Of a DNA stretch of 64,000 nt, positions 54,777 through 64,000 are shown in pieces (position 1 is the stretch's first letter; the number at the start of each line of letters is the position of its first letter). The notes beneath the pieces were generated by a model that saw only the letters and a program-made list of their open reading frames with translations, was not told the DNA's origin and ran no database searches. The DNA lies in NCBI GenBank assembly GCA_038882655.1, contig JAVZNT010000001.1:122576-186575 (forward strand), given 5' to 3'. The stretch comes from Candidatus Bathyarchaeia archaeon. GTDB taxonomy: Archaea > Thermoproteota > Bathyarchaeia > Bathyarchaeales > Bathycorpusculaceae. The position numbers were made by a program, and so were the translations under genes.

Positions 54777-54847
54777 CTCTAGGGTTTTTATGTTGTTTTG
54801 GTTGTGGTTTTAGCCAATAGTGTTTAGTTCCTCTAGGGTTTTTGTGT
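54777..54847 (+). repeat. CTCTAGGGTTTTT direct repeat upstream of the pilin gene
   Basis: Copies at 54777 and 54831, with degenerate (C/T)TCTA(G/T)A versions at ~54600, 54662 and 54712. Confidence 0.45.
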
Positions 54848-54963
54848 GGTGTTTTTGTTGCTTTGTTTTACAAATGAATAATATGGTGTATTAAGTCGTA
54901 AGATTTAAATTCTAAGCTTCCACTAACATACACGATAACAAAAAGGGAGGGATTAAAAAGAAA

Positions 54964-55392
54964 ATGAAAATACTAAAGAGCAGGAAAGCCCTAAGCCCCG
55001 TAGTAGCATCCATCATACTCATAGCCGTAACAGTCGCAGTCAGCCTAGCCGTAGCCGTATGGATGGGCTCACTCACAACAGGACAAATGGTACAAGAAAA
55101 GATATCTTTCGTATCTTACCAGTGGGCATCGCCAGGAACTAGTACTGTACCGTGGGTTGTAGTTAAAATCAAAAATATAGGTGACTCTGCTGCATCAATA
55201 CAGGAAATTCGAGTAGACGATGTCGCAGTCAGTTATCATAACGTGACGCTACCGTACTCGCTGGATAAAGGAAGCACATTGGCGATCAACCTTACAAAGA
55301 CTGGTGGATTTTCACGCGGAGTTACTTATAGGTTCTCTGTGTTAACTTCGAGGGGTAATGTGTTCGGTCCGTACTCACTGCCCGCACCATAG
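54964..55392 (+). CDS. Archaeal type IV pilin (class III signal peptide)
   Basis: KSRKA|LSPVVASIILIAVTVAV; N.G...I..I.V and TSRGN motifs; GGGAGG RBS upstream. Confidence 0.9.
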   Translation: MKILKSRKALSPVVASIILIAVTVAVSLAVAVWMGSLTTGQMVQEKISFVSYQWASPGTSTVPWVVVKIKNIGDSAASIQEIRVDDVAVSYHNVTLPYSLDKGSTLAINLTKTGGFSRGVTYRFSVLTSRGNVFGPYSLPAP

Positions 55393-55482
55393 CTTTCCTT
55401 TGACTTGTTGAGATTGGGGGTAGGGTGTTAGCCACTCCGAAATTTCCCTATTCTATTGTTCGTGTTGGAGGTGTAAAGTCAT

Positions 55483-55908
55483 ATGGTAGTTGAAATAAAG
55501 GAGTACGCTTCGGCTGAAGACATAGCCGAAACCCTAGAAAAGCAGATCGCCGAAACCAAGAGCACCTTAGGCGAGTACCTGCGCCGCCTAGATGAGATTA
55601 GGGCTCTGGCTGAAAAGTCGAAGAAAATCCGAGAAGTGGTCATGAAGTTGGCTGGCAAGAAGGCGGCTGCTGAAAGCCTAGGCGAAATAACAGTTGGCAC
55701 ATTAAGCATTGTTTTGGATGCCAATCCATTCCACGAGCTGACAGCCATAGAACAGGTGGTGCGCAGCTATCAGGAGAGGCTTTTGGTTTTGCAGAAAGCA
55801 CGTGAAGCCTTAAAATGGCTTGATCAGCTGGGTGACACTGAAGGCTTAAAATACATTGTTGTCGAAAACGACGGTGTGCCAGAGCGTATCCTATTCAAGA
55901 TAACGTAG
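55483..55908 (+). CDS. Coiled-coil hypothetical protein
   Basis: 141-aa ORF with GGAGG RBS; two long amphipathic helices. Confidence 0.7.
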   Translation: MVVEIKEYASAEDIAETLEKQIAETKSTLGEYLRRLDEIRALAEKSKKIREVVMKLAGKKAAAESLGEITVGTLSIVLDANPFHELTAIEQVVRSYQERLLVLQKAREALKWLDQLGDTEGLKYIVVENDGVPERILFKIT

Positions 55909-55940
55909 CCAAAGCCCTCCTTTTCAAGTGGTGAAAGATT

Positions 55941-56771
55941 ATGGAAAATGATGTTTACGCGATTGCGCTACAAAATGCCTTAAACGAAATGCGAAACGCT
56001 TGCCCAGAAATACAGCACGCCTTTATCTTCAGAGAGACAGACGAGTTAATCGTTGGAGACGCAGAAACTCCACAAAAAGTCATTGTTCGGGTTTTAGACT
56101 CCTTCAATGGCATTTTTAACAGAGCTGAAGCCATAGGAGGCATTGAGGCCATAACCCTAAAATGCAGCGGCGGCACAGTAACCCTCCATAGTTTCGGCGA
56201 AAATCACCTCGTCATGGTCACGTCTGCAAAGGCAGACCTAAACTACATAAATACTTTAACACGCGTTCTAATCCCAACGGTTCTTAAACTGCTAGAGAAA
56301 ATCAGCCCTGCCCCCCTCAAAAACGTACCCTCACAGAAGGCAGCAAGACCAACACCACCAATTATAAGCGAGCCAGAAGCACCAGAAATTGACGAACCTC
56401 TAGAGAAGGAAGTCGCCGAAGAACCAATTGTAGAGAAGCCGAAAGAGGAGGAGATTGAATATAAATTGCCATCCTTTGAAGCGTCAGTCATCCAGCTGAT
56501 TGTGGAAAACATTGGAGGCTTGCTAGTGCCATCTGACACTGTCCGCATAGATAATGAAACCTTAACTCAGTGGGAAAACATGTTTGAAGGCAAAAAAGTT
56601 GAATATGTTGAAATAGAAACCTTCGACGGAAAAACAACAAAATGTAAGGTCAAACCTATAAAGGATTCAAAATATTTTGGCAAGGGAATAGTACAAATCC
56701 CGGAGAAAATGCAGCTAACCCTAGAAATTAAGAAGGGCGAACTCGTTAGAGTTAAACCAATAATAGAGTAA
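55941..56771 (+). CDS. Roadblock/LC7-like domain + Pro/Glu linker + CDC48-N-like double-psi beta-barrel protein
   Basis: ALNEM..CPEIQHAFIF N-domain; C-terminal VRID...VEI...KVKP...GKGIVQIP..QLTLEIKKGELVRVKP. Confidence 0.65.
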   Translation: MENDVYAIALQNALNEMRNACPEIQHAFIFRETDELIVGDAETPQKVIVRVLDSFNGIFNRAEAIGGIEAITLKCSGGTVTLHSFGENHLVMVTSAKADLNYINTLTRVLIPTVLKLLEKISPAPLKNVPSQKAARPTPPIISEPEAPEIDEPLEKEVAEEPIVEKPKEEEIEYKLPSFEASVIQLIVENIGGLLVPSDTVRIDNETLTQWENMFEGKKVEYVEIETFDGKTTKCKVKPIKDSKYFGKGIVQIPEKMQLTLEIKKGELVRVKPIIE

Positions 56772-56787
56772 AAAGGGAGGCAAAGCC

Positions 56788-57186
56788 ATGACCAAGAAAA
56801 AGAAAAGCCTAGAAGAAAACGCAACCGCAGAAACATTAGCTCAACCAATAGCCATAGAAACAGCCACAACAGAAGACCTAAAAACACGCCTAGAAGAGAT
56901 TAAGGGCTACGAAGGCGTTATAGGATATATACTGCGAAACGCCACATCAGCAGCAATAGACCTCAAAGACCCAACAAAACTAATAGAATATGCCATCCTC
57001 TCCTCATCGGCTCTGGATGCAGCAGAAGAACTTTCAGAACTTTTCAGCCTAGGCGACTTCGAAAACATCCTCTTGGAGGGGAAAGACGTCAAAATCCTCT
57101 CCCTAACAATAGGTGAAAACAGAATAAGCATATTCCTCGAGAAAAACGCCGACGTAGAGAAACCTCTCAAAAAACTCCAATTTTAA
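56788..57186 (+). CDS. Roadblock/LC7 domain protein
   Basis: LEEIKGYEGVIGYILRN, LSELFSLGDFENILLEG. Confidence 0.75.
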   Translation: MTKKKKSLEENATAETLAQPIAIETATTEDLKTRLEEIKGYEGVIGYILRNATSAAIDLKDPTKLIEYAILSSSALDAAEELSELFSLGDFENILLEGKDVKILSLTIGENRISIFLEKNADVEKPLKKLQF

Positions 57187-57314
57187 AAAAGCTTAGGGAC
57201 ACGATCCCTCATTTTCTAAACTTGCTTCTTCTCTTTCAGAACACTTAAATTTACCTCTGCAACTTATTCTATGGAGAAGGGACCTTTTAAAGCCCTCGAA
57301 AAGGGGGCAGTTTA

Positions 57315-57602
57315 TTGAACTTGCGGGAAACAAACAAGAAGCGCAGCAACAAACATCGAGGAAGCTTAGACATAATCGCAGATATCCTAGAAGCCTCAAA
57401 AGGGAAAACAAAGAAAACATACCTCATGTACCGCTGCAACCTAAGCTTCAAACAAATGGAGAACTACTTGAGCTTTCTTCTAAAAAGGGAACTCTTAAAA
57501 GCCATAGAAGACAACGGCAACAACAAAAGCTTTTTTAGAATTACAGAGAAAGGCGAACGCTTCTTAGAAACCTATAAAGGCTTACAGGGGCTTATGGAGT
57601 AA
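57315..57602 (+). CDS. Winged helix-turn-helix protein (archaeal HTH_45 type)
   Basis: RGSLDIIADIL, KKTYLMYRCNLS, YL..L..LL, FRITEKG..FL. Confidence 0.85.
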   Translation: MNLRETNKKRSNKHRGSLDIIADILEASKGKTKKTYLMYRCNLSFKQMENYLSFLLKRELLKAIEDNGNNKSFFRITEKGERFLETYKGLQGLME

Positions 57603-57833
57603 AGTTTTGAGGTAAACATCGCTAAGCCTCAATCTTTCGCCGCGTTCATTTATAACCACAAAATTATATTTAGCAAGAAACTCTATCGCCTTTTTAAGGT
57701 CTCGACGACTAAGCCTTGTTTTGCGCCGTATCTCAGCTAAAAGGTGCCAATCACCATCCTCAAGCAGTTCAAGAATCTTTGTAATAGACTTGTCCGTTGA
57801 TATCTCCTCCAGCATACTTACTAGTTTTGCCAA
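57582..57833 (-). CDS. Small winged-helix protein
   Basis: ILELL.DG.WH.L.EI..KTRL....KAIEFLAKYNFV. Confidence 0.65.
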   Translation of the reverse strand: MAKLVSMLEEISTDKSITKILELLEDGDWHLLAEIRRKTRLSRRDLKKAIEFLAKYNFVVINERGERLRLSDVYLKTLLHKPL

Positions 57834-57896
57834 AATTGTTTAAATGCCTTCTGAAGTTTTCTTTTAGAGATCTTTTCTAGAACAAAAACCGAAGGG

Positions 57897-60689
57897 TTAC
57901 GCGCCTATTTGCCTTCTTAAAATTTCCTCAATTTTTTCTAGGGCCTCTTTCAGCTTTTCTGGTTGTGTGCCTCCACCCTGTGCAAAGTTTGTTCTTCCAC
58001 CACCACCGCCGCCAATTATCGTCGAAGCTTCTCGGACAATTTCAGCCGCGTTCACGCCCTTTTCCACAGCCTTCTTTCCAGCCATAACCATTATCCGAGC
58101 GGTTTTGCCATCAGAGCCATAAAATACGGCAACTACCGTGTCGTTCTTCCTTATTATTTCGTTTGCCGTCTGAACCATCAGATCAACGTTTATCTCATCC
58201 TTAAAATCGCGTGCCACAAGCCTAACTCCGCCTATTTCACGGACAACCTCAAGGCTTGGTTCAGCTCCAACGCCGACAACAGCCTGTTTAGCCAACTTCT
58301 CTACAAGCTTCTTCCTCTCCGCCTTAGCTTCCTTCAATTCTTTGACAAGTTTTTCAGCAGTTTTATTCAGCTTTTCCAGTGGTGCGCCAAGGGTTTCTGA
58401 AACCCGCCAAAGAAACTCCTCATTCTTCTGAACAGCCTTTAAGGCTTGAATTCCAACGGCGTAAACAATCCTTTCAACGCCATCTTGAATTCTTTCCGAA
58501 TGAATTATTTTTATGAAGCCTATCTCGCCAGTATTCCCAACATGGGTTCCGGCGCAAGCTTCTACCTCCCAGTCCCCAACTTTCACAACGCGGATCTCCT
58601 TCCCGGGAACAGCTCCGCCTTGGTAAAGTCTAAAACCGTATTGGCTTTCAGCCTCCGCCCTTGGAAGCTGCATAATTTCAACTGGTATGTTTCTGAAAAC
58701 AGCCTCGTTGGCTAAAGCCTCTATCTTTTGCACTTCTTCTCTTGTTAGTCTACGGTAGTGGGATATGTCAAGTCTTGAGCTTTCAACACCCTTTTGTGTG
58801 CCGAACTGCCAGACATGCTGTCCCAACACCCGCCGTGCTGCGCCGTTAACAATGTGGGTGGTTGTGTGCGCCTTCATAAGGGTATAGCGCTTCTCCCAGT
58901 TGATGACTCCCTTAACAGTGGTGCCTTCCATCGGAGCCTTCTTGCCGCTAATTTTGTGGACAATAACCTTGCCAACCTTCTGTACATCTATAACTTCAGC
59001 TTTCCCACCTTCAAAAAACAGCCAACCATTGTCTGAGGGTTGCCCGCCACCCTCTGGATAGAAGCAAGTCTTGTCAAGAACAATGTATTCGCCATCAATA
59101 ACCTTCAAGACTTTGGCTTCAAACTCTCGTTTATACTGGTCCTTATAGTAAAGTGCCTCGGTCTCTGGGAGACCAGCCACCTCATCTTCAAGCCACTTTT
59201 CAGTTTTAGCCTCCTCCTCAGTTAGCTTCTGGGTTTGCATGTGCCTTTCAGCAATTAAAGCATAGAAGTTTTCAGGAACCGATGCCTCCAAACCCTCACT
59301 TTCGGCTATTTCCTTAACAATTTCAGGCGGAACACCATGTGAGTCATAAAGCTCAGTCATGATTTCAACTGGAACATGCCCAACACCTTTAACCCTGAGG
59401 TCCCCAGCAAGCCTCTTTACCATGTGCTCACCCCTTGTAATGGTTTCCTTATATTTTTCCTCCTCAACGGCGAGAATCTCCATTATTTCGTTGCGCATCT
59501 CCCCTAAATGCGGATAATCCGAAGACCAATAATCAATCTGCAGATCAAAAATGTCGTAAAGTCTTTCCGTGATGTCCAGCATCCTCAATAGGCGGTAAAT
59601 TCTGCGAAAAAGAAGCCTAGCTAAATAGCCCTCCTGAATGTTGGACGGGACAACCCCCTCAGAAAGAATGAAAGTCAGACATTTCGTGTGGTCTGTGACT
59701 GCAAAGGCGTTTTCAACTGGGAGCAAAACCTCATCCAGTCTTTTGGCGTCCATGCCTACCAACTCAGCTATTCTCTTTCTGGTTTCGAGCCTACCGCCAC
59801 CTTTCTCAAGGCTTATCGTGGCTGAAAATTTGGAAACCTTAGCCAACAAATCATAGTCAACGCTTATTTCAGCCATTTTGAAGACTTTTTCGAGTAGTTC
59901 GCCGTAGATTGCGTGAAAAGCGCTCACAGAGCCTTGCGAAAGCCAAGCGTAGCGGTCAAGTCCATAGCCAGTGTCAACGGTTCGTATTGGCAGCTTAACA
60001 AACTGGTTGCCAACAACCTTATACTGCATAAAAACGAGGGTGGCGACTTCCAAGCCGCGGACAATACACTCTAAACATGGACCAGCATTTCCACCCCCAG
60101 ACCAAACCTCCTCCTTGTAAGTTACCTCTTCTGGTTTTACACCTAACTCCCTTATGAACTCGTCATGGTACCGAACCGTCTGGTCTTTCCAGTAAACCTC
60201 TTTGTCAGGGTAATTGAAGGCGTGATGCCCGCCCATCTCAAAAATTGTGACATACTTGCCGAAGGTTGGACCAGTGTTGGCTATGTCCACGAGGCGAATG
60301 CATGGCTGAGCCACAACAAGCGGGTTCGCCGGGGGCGGCGCAATTCCCTCGGTAACATACGGTTGAAAGTCGATTATGCTCGCATGTGTCAAGTATATGT
60401 CGTCTCGCCACCTAGCCACAACAGGGTAGGGCTTTATTCGCGTATGTCCTCGCTTCTCAAAGAAGGATAGGAAGAACTCCCGCATCTCCCGCAGATTGTA
60501 ACGCCTCCTTGTCGGCGAATCCCCAATAAAGGTGTAGTGGGCACAGCCTTCTGGTCTGGCTTCCCCACAAGTTTCCTGTTCTGGGTTAAGGGTCCAATGG
60601 TATGCGCCGCATTTTGGGCAGAGCTTCCTAACATAGCCTTTCTCCCTGAAGAATGGGAGAGCATACTCTTCAGCTGGAAATCTCTCCAA
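57897..60689 (-). CDS. alaS: Alanine--tRNA ligase
   Basis: PYPVVARWR, QPCIR, FEMGGHH, WSGGGNAGP, DTGYG, FYPEGGGQP, HTTTH, ACAGTH, GGGGG. Confidence 0.97.
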   Translation of the reverse strand: MERFPAEEYALPFFREKGYVRKLCPKCGAYHWTLNPEQETCGEARPEGCAHYTFIGDSPTRRRYNLREMREFFLSFFEKRGHTRIKPYPVVARWRDDIYLTHASIIDFQPYVTEGIAPPPANPLVVAQPCIRLVDIANTGPTFGKYVTIFEMGGHHAFNYPDKEVYWKDQTVRYHDEFIRELGVKPEEVTYKEEVWSGGGNAGPCLECIVRGLEVATLVFMQYKVVGNQFVKLPIRTVDTGYGLDRYAWLSQGSVSAFHAIYGELLEKVFKMAEISVDYDLLAKVSKFSATISLEKGGGRLETRKRIAELVGMDAKRLDEVLLPVENAFAVTDHTKCLTFILSEGVVPSNIQEGYLARLLFRRIYRLLRMLDITERLYDIFDLQIDYWSSDYPHLGEMRNEIMEILAVEEEKYKETITRGEHMVKRLAGDLRVKGVGHVPVEIMTELYDSHGVPPEIVKEIAESEGLEASVPENFYALIAERHMQTQKLTEEEAKTEKWLEDEVAGLPETEALYYKDQYKREFEAKVLKVIDGEYIVLDKTCFYPEGGGQPSDNGWLFFEGGKAEVIDVQKVGKVIVHKISGKKAPMEGTTVKGVINWEKRYTLMKAHTTTHIVNGAARRVLGQHVWQFGTQKGVESSRLDISHYRRLTREEVQKIEALANEAVFRNIPVEIMQLPRAEAESQYGFRLYQGGAVPGKEIRVVKVGDWEVEACAGTHVGNTGEIGFIKIIHSERIQDGVERIVYAVGIQALKAVQKNEEFLWRVSETLGAPLEKLNKTAEKLVKELKEAKAERKKLVEKLAKQAVVGVGAEPSLEVVREIGGVRLVARDFKDEINVDLMVQTANEIIRKNDTVVAVFYGSDGKTARIMVMAGKKAVEKGVNAAEIVREASTIIGGGGGGRTNFAQGGGTQPEKLKEALEKIEEILRRQIGA

Positions 60690-60771
60690 TTCTAGACGCC
60701 TCTGTAGGCTCTTTATTCTAAAGAGGTTTTAATGGATTAACAAGGGGGAGTCTTCCATTTAAACTATTTTG

Positions 60772-61086
60772 CTATCCGAGTTTTAGGCCTAAAAGGAAGC
60801 CTGCAACAAAGCTTCCAGCGAAGGGTAGCAAAGCCACCACGCCAGCTAGCCAAGAAATGGCTGAGCCAGTCCAGTGGAAAAAGTTGCTTATAACCTCGAA
60901 CAAAGCGTCATAATTTATGCTTACGTGTATGATTCCCTTCATGCCAAGATAAAGGAGAACAACAATAAAAAGTCCTATCAAAAGCAGTATGAGCTTGCTC
61001 AACTTTTTGAGGGCAAATCCTAAAATGAAGCCGCCTATTCCGCCGACGCCCAACTGGAAAAGTATCGACGGGAAAACTTCGCTCAT
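60772..61086 (-). CDS. FUN14 family membrane protein
   Basis: QLGVGGIGGFILGFALKK...GII.V..NY...LPFAGSF.AGF.LG. Confidence 0.8.
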   Translation of the reverse strand: MSEVFPSILFQLGVGGIGGFILGFALKKLSKLILLLIGLFIVVLLYLGMKGIIHVSINYDALFEVISNFFHWTGSAISWLAGVVALLPFAGSFVAGFLLGLKLG

Positions 61087-61168
61087 CTAACGGTTTCTCC
61101 AAACGTTCTGCTAGCTGTTAAATTTATCACCTTAATAACCTTTTAGCACAATCTAATATTAGGCGGAG

Positions 61169-61423
61169 GTGAATAGACTGGAATTGCTTGAAATATACGT
61201 GTTAAACTTGGCTTTAACTTTAGGCATGTTTGTCATTTTGATTTTTAGGGCTTGGATTGAATTGAAAAACTATAAGTTGATGTGGAAGGAGTTGGAGTGG
61301 AGGCAAACCTATCAAGCTGTGGGGCGCATACTTAAGGCTGAAAGGGAGTTGTTCTCGAAGGTTGAGGGGGGAGACGAGCTTTATAGGCTGCTCTGCGAAA
61401 TCTTCAAAGTTAAAGAAAACTAA
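61169..61423 (+). CDS. Small membrane hypothetical protein
   Basis: GGAGG RBS overlapping the GTG start; single TM followed by a helical segment. Confidence 0.6.
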   Translation: MNRLELLEIYVLNLALTLGMFVILIFRAWIELKNYKLMWKELEWRQTYQAVGRILKAERELFSKVEGGDELYRLLCEIFKVKEN

Positions 61424-61553
61424 AATCAACAAGTAATTTTGGCAAAAAGACTGCTTATGTACAGAATTTCTTAGTATGGATCAAGTCAGAAATTGTCCAA
61501 AAACTTTATTTTGTATATTTTGCGATTATCACGGAGAATCAGGAGAGAATGAA

Positions 61554-62498
61554 ATGCCTAGGAAAACAATTTTGGGGGTTATAACGCTACTGTTGTTAAT
61601 TTACATGTTGGCTATGGTGTTTAACATTCAACAGGTCAAAGCTGGAACAATTACTGTGCCAGACAATTATCCAACAATTCAAGCAGCTTTGGAGGCTTCG
61701 AATAACGGAGATATCATTTTCGTAAGGGCTGGAGTATACTTTGAAAACGTGGTTGTAGACAAAAGCGTCTCACTTGTAGGAGAAAACGCAGCAACCGCAA
61801 TCATTGACGGGGGCGGAAGTGGAACAGTTATTTACATAACTGCAAATAACGTCCAAGTCACAGGCTTTACAATACGAAACAGCGGTGGTTGGCCCAGCTA
61901 TGGGGTTCGGATAGAAGATGTAAATAATTGCAATGTTTTCAGGAACAACTTAACGAACAACTGGTGTGACATTAGGCTTTACTATTCTTCAAATAATAGC
62001 ATAGCCGAAAACATCATAACAAACAGTGAAATCGGCATATGGGTTGCCAATTCTTTAAACAATAGCATAACTAAGAACACCATAACAAACAATAATTATG
62101 GCATTGAAATCGATTATTGTTCAGAGAATAACATAAATGAAAATGATATAATGACAAATAACTATGGTATTGTGCTCACCAGCGCTTCAAATAACAATAT
62201 TTATCATAACAATTTTATCAACAACGCCGATCAGATTGATTCTTTCGACTCGGTGAACGCTTGGGATGACGGTTATCCTTCCGGAGGGAACTATTGGAGC
62301 GATTACACAGGGATAGACAATAACGGCGATGGCATAGGCGACACTGCATACATAATAAACACAAACAATCAGGATCGTTATCCATTGATTAATCAATGGA
62401 TAATACTCGAGTTTCCACAAAGTTCCATGCTCATCAGCCTTATATCATTAACTACAATCTTCTTAATTTACTTAAAGAAACGAACCGCAAAAAACTGA
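61554..62498 (+). CDS. Secreted NosD/CASH beta-helix protein with PEF-CTERM-like tail
   Basis: Signal peptide (VKA), TITVPDNYPTIQAA, Asn-rich PbH1 repeats, GNYWSDY.G.D..GDGIGD, tail ILEFP-TM-KKR. Confidence 0.85.
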   Translation: MPRKTILGVITLLLLIYMLAMVFNIQQVKAGTITVPDNYPTIQAALEASNNGDIIFVRAGVYFENVVVDKSVSLVGENAATAIIDGGGSGTVIYITANNVQVTGFTIRNSGGWPSYGVRIEDVNNCNVFRNNLTNNWCDIRLYYSSNNSIAENIITNSEIGIWVANSLNNSITKNTITNNNYGIEIDYCSENNINENDIMTNNYGIVLTSASNNNIYHNNFINNADQIDSFDSVNAWDDGYPSGGNYWSDYTGIDNNGDGIGDTAYIINTNNQDRYPLINQWIILEFPQSSMLISLISLTTIFLIYLKKRTAKN

Positions 62499-62648
62499 AA
62501 TCCTACGCTCGAACCCACTTTTTTCTAAATCAATTCTTCCTATTCCTCAAATTTTGAGCATTATCTCTTGAAAATGGTGGAGTTTTAACGCCAATACTTA
62601 AAACTATTCTAAGCCGCAGAATAAGTCATTGTTCTTTTGAGTTTCTTT

Positions 62649-63989
62649 TTAAGGGAGATGCCAGTCCCCAATTAATTTATCAGTATGCCTATGGTGCTTT
62701 TCCATCCCATAGCGGATGAAAGGCTTTGTGAGGTGCCTCTGGGAGTGGGGGGAAGTAATATACAGTCCCTTCTGCACTCCACGCTTAACTTTAAAAGCGA
62801 CCTTTTCAAGTTCTGTGTAACACTCGCCGCATTTTTCACATTTGAAGCCTTTGCCTTTTCCCATGGATTTTAGCCGTTTACCACACTGCGGGCAAGCTGG
62901 ATTTTGGTAAACAATTTTTGGTGCAAGCTTCAACAAGCGCAATTTTTCAAGGTTTATTGTTAATGGACGCTTCTCGGATGGTGGACGTACACCGCCATAA
63001 ACTTCCACAAAATCGCCGACTATGAGTTTGCTTGCTACTTTTCGCAGTGTGCCAGTAGGCTCGTATGCAGCACAGTCGACAGAAGCACTGTCATCTTTAA
63101 TCTGGAAAATGGCATGTCTTCTTGGAATTATTTTCGGGTTTGATGCCACTGTTCCCCTTGCTATTACTGGATAGTAAGATTTTATCTCGCTCAGTTTTTT
63201 GACCCGTTTTAGGTGGGCGTCTGTGCCGTGGTTTGTGCGGAAAATGACCCAGCGCTCAACATGCTCGAGGGGCTTAACCATCTCAAAAGCCTTCTTAACA
63301 ATTTCCGGAGTTTCACCCCTTATTCCAAAGAGTATCGGGTCCGGTCCACGGGGCGTTATTAGGATTCTGCCAGTTTCAAGGTCAACATTATTGAAAGTGT
63401 ATGGGGCTGTCGCCTTATCCATTTCCACAACAGATGCCATGTCTATCCTTCTTTTCAAGCCATAGTTTTCCGGAACACGGTAGGCTATAACTTCGAAAGT
63501 GTGGTCACCTTCAAGGTTTTCGCCTACAGCGGCTAAGCCGCCAATTATTCCGCGCCCATTTTTGAAGCCAATGGCTTCAGCTCTAAAACGCTTTAGGATT
63601 TTTAGGGCTGTTTTCATGTTCACAATGCCAGTTATGGCGTTTTTTGCAAAGGCTTTAACCTCCCTTGGAATTTTCGTCTTTGGAAAGAAGACTATTCCGG
63701 GTTCTGTTCCTTTGTAGGCTAGGTCGGAGTTTTCTTCGACGGTTTCTATTACCGTTTCCTTAACAACGTCAACAAGGTTTTCTTCACATTTTATTCTTAG
63801 GCAAAGCGCCCCATTCCCCCTTGTTTTCCATGGAACGTTTGGGTTAAGCCTAACAAGGTTCGGATAGTCTGTGAACACCGCGCCTAATTTTTGCAGTTTC
63901 TCCACTAATAGTGCCGCAACGTAGGTTGTGCATCCCTTTCTCGGAGAGTCTGTATCGTCAAAGCCTATGTGCAAGTGTTGTAAGGACAT
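62649..63989 (-). CDS. tiaS: tRNA(Ile2) 2-agmatinylcytidine synthetase
   Basis: IGFDDTDS..GCTT, LVRLNPNVPWKTRGNGA, PDPILFGIRG, TN.GTDAH, AYEPT, CPQCG...CEKC, RHLTKP. Confidence 0.96.
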   Translation of the reverse strand: MSLQHLHIGFDDTDSPRKGCTTYVAALLVEKLQKLGAVFTDYPNLVRLNPNVPWKTRGNGALCLRIKCEENLVDVVKETVIETVEENSDLAYKGTEPGIVFFPKTKIPREVKAFAKNAITGIVNMKTALKILKRFRAEAIGFKNGRGIIGGLAAVGENLEGDHTFEVIAYRVPENYGLKRRIDMASVVEMDKATAPYTFNNVDLETGRILITPRGPDPILFGIRGETPEIVKKAFEMVKPLEHVERWVIFRTNHGTDAHLKRVKKLSEIKSYYPVIARGTVASNPKIIPRRHAIFQIKDDSASVDCAAYEPTGTLRKVASKLIVGDFVEVYGGVRPPSEKRPLTINLEKLRLLKLAPKIVYQNPACPQCGKRLKSMGKGKGFKCEKCGECYTELEKVAFKVKRGVQKGLYITSPHSQRHLTKPFIRYGMEKHHRHTDKLIGDWHLP

Positions 63990-64000
63990 CTATACGCCTA

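Noticed and set aside
54600-54850. CRISPR array
   Set aside because: Only two exact 13-bp copies. The repeats are short and degenerate, spacing is irregular, and no cas genes are nearby.
1-64000. Transposases, integrases, prophage or defence systems
   Set aside because: No recognisable motifs in any ORF of the track.

Overview
Archaeal chromosomal window. Gene content and protein styles suggest Bathyarchaeia/TACK (inference). About 1-31 kb is a large cell-surface/glycan locus: a PLP decarboxylase, two FemAB/GNAT proteins, two deacetylases, three Gfo/Idh/MocA dehydrogenases, six glycosyltransferases, an AsnB-like amidotransferase, a methyltransferase, DUF362, DUF2206, and secreted GH5 and beta-helix proteins. 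It ends in an exosortase/archaeosortase with an unusual architecture (sortase + Zn-ribbon + EpsI-like + winged helix). Directly upstream are two secreted paralogs sharing a distinctive C-terminal sorting signal, [IV]PD[LY]PVVGTAGAVT-TM-KKK. The locus also encodes two small 'DWG-x-x-x-PG' proteins that resemble filament subunits and share a short N-terminal strand motif with the two secreted glycan enzymes. About 31-51 kb is core: rpoD-rpl18e-rpl13-rps9-rpoN-eno-rps2-MEMO-mvk-ipk-fni-idsA-gltX-srp19, then rps8e, smc-scpA-scpB, a DUF169 pseudogene and rps13-rps4-rps11, which is split from rpoD as if by an inversion. About 51-64 kb holds a dockerin-tailed orphan ABC substrate-binding protein, a wHTH regulator, a type IV pilin followed by roadblock proteins, alaS, FUN14, a beta-helix protein with a PEF-CTERM-like tail, and tiaS. 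I recognised no rRNA, tRNA, CRISPR array or transposase. All family calls come from motif recognition, not database searches.
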